A stretch of DNA of 64,000 nucleotides from Paracoccaceae bacterium (GTDB lineage: Bacteria; Pseudomonadota; Alphaproteobacteria; Rhodobacterales; Rhodobacteraceae). The notes beneath the pieces were generated by a model. The model was not told the DNA's origin and did no database searches. It saw nothing but the letters and a program-made list of their open reading frames with translations. The translations under genes were made by a program, and so were the position numbers. The stretch is taken from positions 6,760-70,759 of the forward strand of contig JBJLFU010000002.1 in the NCBI GenBank assembly GCA_045565235.1, given 5' to 3'. Of the stretch, positions 51,424 to 59,183 are shown piece after piece (position 1 is the first letter of the stretch; every line of letters begins with the position of its first letter).

Positions 51424-51970
51424 AGTTATAGAAAATAAAAGTGGAGAAATTAGTATAAAAGAAGTCAAAAGTGTCGGCATGATTTCCGTTAGATGTGACT
51501 TACTAAATAAACGCTTTCAGAAAATAGTAAGTAAGACTTGCAATTTAGCCGTGCCAAAGCCTCTAAGTATAAATCATAATAAGAACTTATCCATTGCTTG
51601 GATGTCTACAAATGAAGTGCTGATACTGGATTACTCTAATGCTTGCCTTGAGAAAATAATTAAAGACTTTAAATCTTTTTCGACCGATATGGAATTATTA
51701 GTATTAGATTCATCAAGTTCGAGGAATTTATTTTTGGTCAACGGTGATTTATGGAGGGAGGTTTTTGCTAAGGGAACTCCTATAGATTTAAGACCAGCTT
51801 TTTTTAATAAGGATAGTTTTAGAAGAACTAGAATGGGACAAATAGCCGTAGCTTTTTGGATGGTGAGTGAATACTCTGCGCATATTATTTGCTCTAGGTC
51901 GCATTCTTCTTTTTTTTATGATTGGCTATGTAATGCGTCTTCTAAGGGGTCACTGGAAAAGTTTTTTTGA
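51416..51970 (+). CDS. soxG: Sarcosine oxidase subunit gamma
   Basis: About 185 aa from the ATG at 51416, which overlaps the soxA stop (ATGGTTGA). Size and position match soxG. The tracked TTG start at 51371 is probably too far upstream. Confidence 0.78.
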   Translation: MVEVIENKSGEISIKEVKSVGMISVRCDLLNKRFQKIVSKTCNLAVPKPLSINHNKNLSIAWMSTNEVLILDYSNACLEKIIKDFKSFSTDMELLVLDSSSSRNLFLVNGDLWREVFAKGTPIDLRPAFFNKDSFRRTRMGQIAVAFWMVSEYSAHIICSRSHSSFFYDWLCNASSKGSLEKFF

Positions 51971-52032
51971 GTATTAGGTCTGTAACTTTATTGGGGTTTG
52001 AGTGCTATTACCTTATGTAGGCAAATAAATCC

Positions 52033-52737
52033 TTAATTCTTCACTTGCATATCAGTTTGGTTTTTCCAGATATCTGCAAGTTTTTTAATTGCATCTATTC
52101 GGTCTTTGGGGTTGGGATGGCTTTGTAGCCAAGTTAGCTCATTATATTGATTGCCAGTAAGTTTTTCTAATTTGCTGAATAAATCAATCAATGGCTTGGC
52201 TCCAAGACCTGTTTTAATCATCAAGGCGCTTGCATACTTATCTGCCTCATATTCGTCAATTCTTGATAGTTTTGCAGTTACCAACCTTAAAAGCATTGCA
52301 GATATATAACTTCCTATAAGTGGAATAACTCTAGCCAGGACTAACCCTAAGCCCATCTGAAGAGTATTTTGTAAAGTATAAGATACCATCCTTTTTTTTG
52401 TATGTCCTAGCGCAAGGTGGCCTAATTCATGGGATATGACCCCAACAAGTTCATCAGCTGAAACAAACCCTGAATAATATTTATCAAGAAAGCCTCTGGT
52501 GATAAAAACTTTACCATCTGGAGAAACCAAGCCATTAAGATTAGGATCTTCTAGTACATATATGTTTATTTTTTCCACACCCAAAGAATGAGCTATTTTT
52601 TTTAATAAGGAGCCTATAATGGGTTCTTTTAAAACGGAGGATTTTTCCTCAAGCCTTTTAGCTAACCTTTTTGAAGTATATTTATAATTAAAAATACCCA
52701 AGGCGATCGGAATAAATATTGTCAGTATTTTAAACAT
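52033..52737 (-). CDS. M48-family Zn metalloprotease (HtpX-like), membrane anchored
   Basis: 234 aa with an N-terminal TM (ILTIFIPIALGIF), HELGH (HExxH) and a downstream EYEADKYA third-ligand region. The start lies 3 nt after the VWA gene stop. Confidence 0.85.
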   Translation of the reverse strand: MFKILTIFIPIALGIFNYKYTSKRLAKRLEEKSSVLKEPIIGSLLKKIAHSLGVEKINIYVLEDPNLNGLVSPDGKVFITRGFLDKYYSGFVSADELVGVISHELGHLALGHTKKRMVSYTLQNTLQMGLGLVLARVIPLIGSYISAMLLRLVTAKLSRIDEYEADKYASALMIKTGLGAKPLIDLFSKLEKLTGNQYNELTWLQSHPNPKDRIDAIKKLADIWKNQTDMQVKN

Positions 52738-52740
52738 AAT

Positions 52741-53922
52741 TCAACTCAACATTCTCATACCATCTTCCAGTCCATTAAGTGTAAGAGGAACCATACGATC
52801 ATCGAATATGTCCTTCAATATTGAAGTAGACTGGGTATATGCCCAATATTCTTTGGGGGTTGGATTTATCCATAGGTGGTTAGGCCATTGGGCCTTAGCT
52901 CTCTCTAGCCAAACCCTCCCACTTTCACGGTTATAATGTTCATTAGCTCCTCCAACCATTTCAATTTCATATGGACTCATAGCTGCATCACCAACAAAAA
53001 TACACTTATAATCTTTGTTAAATTTATTAATGATATCTATTGTAGTAGTCTGTTCTTCCCAGCGACGATAGTTATTTTTCCATACACTTTCATATAAACA
53101 ATTATGAAAATAATAATACTCTAAGTGCTTAAAAGCTGATCGGGTCGCAGAAAATAGCTCTTCTACCTGAGAAACATGCATATCCATAGATCCTCCCACA
53201 TCAAAAAACAGGATAATTTTGACTGAGTTTTGACGTTCAGGTCTGGTTTGAATATTTAGAAAACCGGCTCGTGCTGTAGTTGAAATTGTACTTTCTATAT
53301 CTAATTCTTCATCAATCCCATCTCTTGCCCATTTTCTTAATCTCTTCAGTGCAATTTTTATACTGCGTGATCCGATTTCACTATTTTCATCTAAATTTTT
53401 AAACAAACGTTTATCCCAAACTTTTACTGCTTTTCTATGTCGGCTCTCTGTTTGTCCTATTCTCACTCCTTCTGGATTAAACCCATACGCTCCAAATGGT
53501 GAGGTGCCTGCTGTTCCAACCCACTTGCTCCCACCTTGGTGACGAGCCTTTTGCTCCTCTAATCGTTTCTGCAGTGTCTCCAATAACTTTTCCAAGCTGC
53601 CAAGAGATTTAATTTCTTCCATTTGTTCCTTACTCAGAATTTTTTCGGCCAGTTGCTCAAGCCATTCTTTAGGAAGATCCATTTTGGATACTAGGATAGA
53701 GTTATCAAGCTTTTCTATTCCACTAAAATTTTTACCAAAAATTTGGTCAAATATATCTAGGTATTTTTCATGTTTGACTAGGCTCGCCTTGGCCAAAAAA
53801 TAAAAATTCTCCACCCTATATTCTGGTACTCCTTTTTGTAGGCATTCAAGAAATGTTAGGAACTCCAGTAAAGACACTGGTAATCCGTTATCTCTTAGGT
53901 CCTGAAAAAAACTAGTTAGCAT
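52741..53922 (-). CDS. VWA-domain protein (CoxE-like), partner of the upstream MoxR-class ATPase
   Basis: 393 aa with a conserved N terminus (F...LR..G.PVSL.E.L.F...L), a central G.S.W.GT.G.SPFG..G.NP.G.R.G segment, and a C-terminal VWA domain whose MIDAS position reads DVGGSM (53188..53202). Confidence 0.8.
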   Translation of the reverse strand: MLTSFFQDLRDNGLPVSLLEFLTFLECLQKGVPEYRVENFYFLAKASLVKHEKYLDIFDQIFGKNFSGIEKLDNSILVSKMDLPKEWLEQLAEKILSKEQMEEIKSLGSLEKLLETLQKRLEEQKARHQGGSKWVGTAGTSPFGAYGFNPEGVRIGQTESRHRKAVKVWDKRLFKNLDENSEIGSRSIKIALKRLRKWARDGIDEELDIESTISTTARAGFLNIQTRPERQNSVKIILFFDVGGSMDMHVSQVEELFSATRSAFKHLEYYYFHNCLYESVWKNNYRRWEEQTTTIDIINKFNKDYKCIFVGDAAMSPYEIEMVGGANEHYNRESGRVWLERAKAQWPNHLWINPTPKEYWAYTQSTSILKDIFDDRMVPLTLNGLEDGMRMLS

Positions 53923-54096
53923 TTAAAAAATACTCATGCGCATAAGTGCAATTTGTATCAATACTGCAGTTATTAAAGATATTAGACAAAATACTCCTAT
54001 ATACTGCAACTTGTCCAAGTAATTACCTTTACGTTTGGTTGATAGGATGTATCCCAAACTGCCACCAAATAAAATTATTCCTATCATCAAGCCCAT
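53923..54096 (-). CDS. Unannotated 57-aa two-TM membrane micro-protein
   Basis: My own translation is MGLMIGIILFGGSLGYILSTKRKGNYLDKLQYIGVFCLISLITAVLIQIALMRMSIF*. It has two hydrophobic helices separated by a basic loop (TKRKGN), GAGG 10 nt upstream of the ATG, and a TAA stop directly abutting the VWA ATG (TAAATG). It is below the 60-aa cutoff of the supplied track. Confidence 0.5.
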   Translation of the reverse strand: MGLMIGIILFGGSLGYILSTKRKGNYLDKLQYIGVFCLISLITAVLIQIALMRMSIF

Positions 54097-54152
54097 ATTT
54101 ATCTTGCCTCACTTAAAATTAAGCTCAGTATTTTTCCGTACATGATCATGGA

Positions 54153-55004
54153 TCATTGATTCCTAGCAAGAAATGCCAACTTCTCAAATAGTTGGACATC
54201 CTGCTCATTTTTTAATAATGCCCCGTGGAGTTTGGGTAGCATATCCTTTGGATTTTGACGCAAGTCTTCGCTTGAAATATCTTCAGCTAAGAGAAGTTTT
54301 ATCCAGTCTAGAATTTCTGAAGTAGAAGGCTTCTTTTTTAGGCCAGGTACTTCTCTTAAATTAAAAAAAGTTTCCAAGGCATTTTGCAGAAGGGTAGTTT
54401 TTATTTCTGGAAAATGAACCTTAATTATTATTTCTAGAGTCTCTTTATCGGGAAACTTGATATAATGAAAGAAACATCTGCGAAGAAAGGCATCAGGTAG
54501 CTCTTTTTCATTATTGGAAGTAATAACAACAATTGGTCTCTGGATTGCTTTTATCGTTTCCCCAGTTTCGTAAACATGGAATTGCATTTTATCTAACTCA
54601 TGTAATAGATCATTTGGGAACTCTATATCGGCTTTGTCGATTTCATCTATCAAAAGCACTACTTTTTCCTCAGATCTAAAGGCTGACCAAATTGTACCCT
54701 TTTTAATATAGTTTTGAATTTCTTTAACTCGTTCATCACCAAGTTGGCTATCTCTTAATCTACTAACAGCATCATATTCGTATAGGCCTTGGTGTGCTCG
54801 TGTCGTAGATTTAACATTCCACTCGAAAATTTTTAAATCTAATGTTGATGCTATTTGCTTAGCAAGTTCTGTTTTTCCCGTTCCCGGTTCTCCTTTGACT
54901 AATAAAGGCTTTTCTAGAGTAATCGCAGCGTTAACAGCCATTTTTAAATCTTCAGTTGCTATGTAGCTTTTAGTCCCATTGAATTGCATTATAAGCTCCA
55001 ACAT
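54153..55004 (-). CDS. MoxR-class AAA+ ATPase (AAA_5-type, CoxD/NorQ-like)
   Basis: 283 aa with Walker A GEPGTGKTELA, Walker B VVLLIDEIDKA, sensor and arginine regions (ITSNNEKELPDAFLRRC), and the conserved HQGLYEYD segment. Confidence 0.88.
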   Translation of the reverse strand: MLELIMQFNGTKSYIATEDLKMAVNAAITLEKPLLVKGEPGTGKTELAKQIASTLDLKIFEWNVKSTTRAHQGLYEYDAVSRLRDSQLGDERVKEIQNYIKKGTIWSAFRSEEKVVLLIDEIDKADIEFPNDLLHELDKMQFHVYETGETIKAIQRPIVVITSNNEKELPDAFLRRCFFHYIKFPDKETLEIIIKVHFPEIKTTLLQNALETFFNLREVPGLKKKPSTSEILDWIKLLLAEDISSEDLRQNPKDMLPKLHGALLKNEQDVQLFEKLAFLARNQ

Positions 55005-55109
55005 AAAAAAGTTTATTTTCTAGTGACAAATAGTTTGATTCCATCTAGAAGTCTCTTGTTAATATTTTAGATTTTAGTATCTGTCTAGGCAAAGAGTGGG
55101 GGTCGATAT

Positions 55110-55532
55110 ATGGTTGCGTTCCAGAAAAAAGTATTAGATTATCATCCATTAGCTAATGAAGAATTCATGAACGATCGTCAGACAGATTATTTTAGAGGCA
55201 AATTGATAGCTTGGAAAGAATCTATTCTACAGGAAAGTAGAGATACAATAGAAGAAATGCAGGCAGTTTCAAGAAATATTCCAGATGTGACAGATAGGGC
55301 CTCAGAGGAAACTGATCGGGCTTTAGAGTTGAGAACTAGAGATAGGCAAAGAAAACTTATTTCAAAAATAGACTCAGCACTAAAGAGATTGAATGAGGGG
55401 ACTTATGGGTATTGTGAGGAAACAGGTGATCCAATTTCTCTCAAAAGACTAGATGCTAGACCTATAGCGACCTTGAGTTTAGAGGCACAAGAGAGGCATG
55501 AAAGAAGAGAAAAGGTACACAAGGACGACTAA
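55110..55532 (+). CDS. dksA: RNA polymerase-binding transcription factor DksA (single-Cys variant)
   Basis: 140 aa with a coiled-coil tip DVTDRASEE (DxxDxA) and a C-terminal G.YGYCE..G.PI...RL.ARP.A.L region. Only the first of the four canonical zinc-finger Cys is present. Confidence 0.9.
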   Translation: MVAFQKKVLDYHPLANEEFMNDRQTDYFRGKLIAWKESILQESRDTIEEMQAVSRNIPDVTDRASEETDRALELRTRDRQRKLISKIDSALKRLNEGTYGYCEETGDPISLKRLDARPIATLSLEAQERHERREKVHKDD

Positions 55533-55607
55533 TAATACCTTTCTAAATGCTTAAGTTATGGTCAATGCTGAGGTTAAAATTCATGCATAGCTTAAAAGAT
55601 TGTTTAT

Positions 55608-56792
55608 TTGGTGCTTAATGTGGGTATCATTGGTGCTGGGGTAGGTGGGTTATCCGCAGGGATGATGTTAAAAAGCATTGGCTGTGAGGTAAGTATACTT
55701 GAGAAGCGGAAAAAAACCGCGGCCCTAGGGGTCGGTATCCAGATCAGTGCCAATGGAATCAGAGCTTTAAGGCCGTTTGGTTTAGAGGATAAAATAAGTA
55801 ATCTTGCAGATTGTCCATTTTGTATCGAATTCATTAATGGTAAATCTGGCAAAAAGCTTGGAATGATGCCGTTAGGTCAAGAGGCTGAGAACTTGTATGG
55901 TGCAAGGTTTTTTCAATTACATAGAGGAGATCTCATATCCATTTTGAGGAATGAAAACCTTAGACGTGGGGTTACTATCTCATGCGAAACTAGGGTTTTG
56001 GATATCTGTCAGGATCCAAACGGTGTAACAGTTTGTACTAATAAGGGTCATAAATATTTTGATCTTGTAGTTGCGGCAGATGGAGTAAATTCATTAGTTA
56101 GGAACCAAATATTTGGAAGCACATCTGCCACTTTCCTAAAACAAGTAGCATATAGGACTGTGGTTCCAGCTGAACTTCTACCCGTTGCATTTACCTCTAA
56201 AAAAACCCGTTTATTCTTAGGAAAGGGTAAACACGTAGTATCCTACCCTATTCGTAAGGGCAGCCTAGTTAACCTAGTATTCTGCCTAGATTTTGATTCT
56301 TATTGCCAGGAAAATTGGGATCAACATTCAAGCTTTATGGAGATAAGGGAGAAATTTTCAGATTTTAGGACCTTAGAAAAGGTTTTTGAAACTACTGAAC
56401 CTGTAAAAAAATGGGGTCTTTTTGAGCATAAGTCACCCAAGATATGGCACAAAAAAAGAATAGTTTTGTTAGGAGATGCATGTCATCCAATTTTACCATA
56501 TTTGGCACAGGGTGCTACTCAAGCAATAGAGGATTCATTTGAGTTGAGCAATAGAATCAAGCAAAGCCTTAAAAGTCAAGATTTAGAGAAAGAATTAAAA
56601 AAGTATACTAGAAATAGATTACCCAGAGTTGAAAAAATTAGAAAGGCTTCGCGGTTGAATGAAAAATTGTTCCATTTAAAGAATCCAATTTCAATTCTTT
56701 TTTTTCATATGCTCCTAGGATTAATTAGTAGAACTTACCCAAAATTTCTCCTGAAAAGGTTTTCTTGGATTTATTCTGGAGGACCAGCATGA
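55608..56792 (+). CDS. FAD-dependent aromatic-ring monooxygenase (salicylate hydroxylase / UbiH-like)
   Basis: GxGxxG (IIGAGVGGLSAG), DLVVAADGVNS and LLGDACHP..P..AQGA.QAIED motifs. GTG start. Confidence 0.83.
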   Translation: MVLNVGIIGAGVGGLSAGMMLKSIGCEVSILEKRKKTAALGVGIQISANGIRALRPFGLEDKISNLADCPFCIEFINGKSGKKLGMMPLGQEAENLYGARFFQLHRGDLISILRNENLRRGVTISCETRVLDICQDPNGVTVCTNKGHKYFDLVVAADGVNSLVRNQIFGSTSATFLKQVAYRTVVPAELLPVAFTSKKTRLFLGKGKHVVSYPIRKGSLVNLVFCLDFDSYCQENWDQHSSFMEIREKFSDFRTLEKVFETTEPVKKWGLFEHKSPKIWHKKRIVLLGDACHPILPYLAQGATQAIEDSFELSNRIKQSLKSQDLEKELKKYTRNRLPRVEKIRKASRLNEKLFHLKNPISILFFHMLLGLISRTYPKFLLKRFSWIYSGGPA

Positions 56793-56796
56793 AGGA

Positions 56797-57579
56797 CTAT
56801 ATTTTAGGCTTATTTAATAATTCAATCCATACAGGCACATGATCTGACGGTCTATCTCTAGATCTCATATATTTATCTACTCCACATGAAACAAGAAGAT
56901 CCATTGCTGAGGGGGTCAATAGAAAATGGTCTATTCTAACACCATTATTTTTTTGCCAGGAGCCGCCTTGATAATCCCACTGGGTAAACACTTGGGAGTC
57001 TTTTGCCATAAGTCTTAGTGCATCATAAAATCCAAGGTTGGTAATTTCAAAGAATTTTGACCTAACTTGTGGATGAAATAAAGCATCATTCACCCATTTG
57101 TTTGGCTCCAGGCAATCAATGTCTTGGGGAATTACGTTAAAATCTCCAAACATTATCACTGGTTTGCCAATTCCTATTAAATATCTTGCATGGCTAATAA
57201 GCTGACTCATCCATTCTAATTTATAGTCTAGTTTGTCAGTTCCAACTGGATTTCCGTTTGGTAAATAAAGATTACAAATCATCAAATCGTTTATATCTGC
57301 ACTTAGCCATCTGCTTTGGGTATCATTTTCCATTCCGGGTAATATAAAGCTAGGATTCAGTATTTTTTGTTTGGAAAGTATGCCACATCCATTATAGCCT
57401 TTTTGACCATTGAATACGCCATGGTAACCCAAATCAGCAAACATGTTTTCAGTAAAACCAGAACTATCTGATTTTAGTTCCTGTAGCCCTACTATATCTG
57501 GGTTTTCTTTACTTAACCAGTATCTCAATTCTGGAAGTCTTGCTTTGATTCCGTTTATATTAAATGAGGATATTTTCAT
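56797..57579 (-). CDS. xthA: Exodeoxyribonuclease III
   Basis: 260 aa with FNINGI.AR, LQE.K, GDFN, WDY and SDH.P motifs. Confidence 0.93.
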   Translation of the reverse strand: MKISSFNINGIKARLPELRYWLSKENPDIVGLQELKSDSSGFTENMFADLGYHGVFNGQKGYNGCGILSKQKILNPSFILPGMENDTQSRWLSADINDLMICNLYLPNGNPVGTDKLDYKLEWMSQLISHARYLIGIGKPVIMFGDFNVIPQDIDCLEPNKWVNDALFHPQVRSKFFEITNLGFYDALRLMAKDSQVFTQWDYQGGSWQKNNGVRIDHFLLTPSAMDLLVSCGVDKYMRSRDRPSDHVPVWIELLNKPKI

Positions 57580-57611
57580 TTGCTCAACTCTAGATCTTCT
57601 TAATTAGGAAC

Positions 57612-57935
57612 TTATACAGAAAAACTAGTGCCACATCCACACGAAGCTGTTGCGTTTGGATTATTTATTACAAATTTAGATCCAATAATTTCTTCCTGAA
57701 AATCTATAGTAGCTCCAGACAAAAACTCAAGTGATACAGGATCGATTACCACTGTCGCTTTCCCATTTTCCAAAACTAGGTCATCATGAAGGACCTTGCT
57801 TTCAAGGTGGATTTCGTATTGAAAACCAGAACATCCTCCTCCTTCAACAGCCACCCTTAAACACCTACTTCCACCAGTAGAGCTTATTTTATCAAAAGCA
57901 TTTTTTGTAACGTTAGGCGGTATCTTGACTGACAT
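57612..57935 (-). CDS. erpA: Iron-sulfur cluster insertion protein (ErpA/IscA A-type carrier)
   Basis: 107 aa with GGGCSGFQY and a C-terminal CGCGTSF. It lies divergent from dgt-argS, as in many alphaproteobacteria. Confidence 0.88.
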   Translation of the reverse strand: MSVKIPPNVTKNAFDKISSTGGSRCLRVAVEGGGCSGFQYEIHLESKVLHDDLVLENGKATVVIDPVSLEFLSGATIDFQEEIIGSKFVINNPNATASCGCGTSFSV

Positions 57936-58011
57936 TCTTCACTCTAATCTGATGGATTTGTACTAAATGTAATGGTAATACCAATCTGATACAAGGAGTT
58001 TAATACATTTT

Positions 58012-59139
58012 ATGGAAAGCTATGCAATTAAATCTAGTGAGAGTATGGGTAGATTCTATCCCGAAGAAGTCTCATTAAATAGAACCCCTTTTCAGAGAGA
58101 TAGGGATCGCATTTTACATTCTGGTTCATTTAGAAAATTACAATATAAAACTCAGGTTTTTCTGGAGCATGAAGGGGATTACTACAGAACCAGGCTAACT
58201 CATACTTTAGAGGTAACGCAGGTAGCAAGGACAATATCATATGTTTTAGGCGTGAACTCTGATTTGGTGGAGGCTATCGCCTTAGCCCATGATTTAGGTC
58301 ATCCACCATTTGGGCATACCGGAGAATTGGAATTGAACAGGCTTATGATAGAATTTGGAGGTTTTGATCATAACATTCAGGCCTTAAGGATTGTCACGCA
58401 ATTAGAGAAAATCTATGCAAATCATCCTGGTTTAAATCTAACATTTGAAACTTTAGAGGGTATGATTACCCATAATGGTCCTCTAGCTACAGGAACCTCG
58501 TTTGGGAGTAAGTTTTTTGAAAGAATGGGGCATAAATTTTCCAAGTTTCCTAGCATAGAATCTCAAATTGCGGCAATATCTGATGATATAGCTTATACCT
58601 GCCATGACATAGGTGACGGGCTCAGAGCGGGGCTTTTCTCACTTAAGGATATATCAAGAATACCTATACTCAGCGGAATTCTAAAAAATGTAGAGGCAAA
58701 GCATAATGGGATTAAATATAAGACTAAATGTCATGAGATAGTAAGAAGTCTCTTGAATTTGTTAATTAGTGATCTGTTAGCTGAAAGTGATAGACGATTA
58801 AAACCACTTAAAGGATTTACTAGCCATCAAGCGTTAAACCATAACCAAAAATTAATAGCTTTAAGTAGTGGCAAACAAGAGGCACTAAAAATGATAAGTC
58901 AATTTCTATTTAAAAATATGTATAGGCATAGCCAGATTAGTGAAATGAGAAAAAAGTGTCTTTCTGTAATACAAGATCTGTTCATTCTTTATTCTGAAAA
59001 TCCTAGTCTCTTACCTGATGAATGGGGGGAATTAGCGAGCCAAGCTTGTCATAAGGCATTAGTAAGAATAGTTAGTGATTATATTTCTGGTATGACAGAC
59101 CGATATGCGTTAAACGAACACAATCATCACTTTGGATAA
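58012..59139 (+). CDS. dgt: dGTP triphosphohydrolase-like HD-domain protein
   Basis: F.RDRDRI.HS..FR.L..KTQVF, RTRLTHTLEV.Q..R and AHDLGHPPFGH motifs. Confidence 0.9.
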   Translation: MESYAIKSSESMGRFYPEEVSLNRTPFQRDRDRILHSGSFRKLQYKTQVFLEHEGDYYRTRLTHTLEVTQVARTISYVLGVNSDLVEAIALAHDLGHPPFGHTGELELNRLMIEFGGFDHNIQALRIVTQLEKIYANHPGLNLTFETLEGMITHNGPLATGTSFGSKFFERMGHKFSKFPSIESQIAAISDDIAYTCHDIGDGLRAGLFSLKDISRIPILSGILKNVEAKHNGIKYKTKCHEIVRSLLNLLISDLLAESDRRLKPLKGFTSHQALNHNQKLIALSSGKQEALKMISQFLFKNMYRHSQISEMRKKCLSVIQDLFILYSENPSLLPDEWGELASQACHKALVRIVSDYISGMTDRYALNEHNHHFG

Positions 59140-59183
59140 AAAATGCCACTTCTTAGGGTTAATTAAGAAAAGGGACTCTTAAC

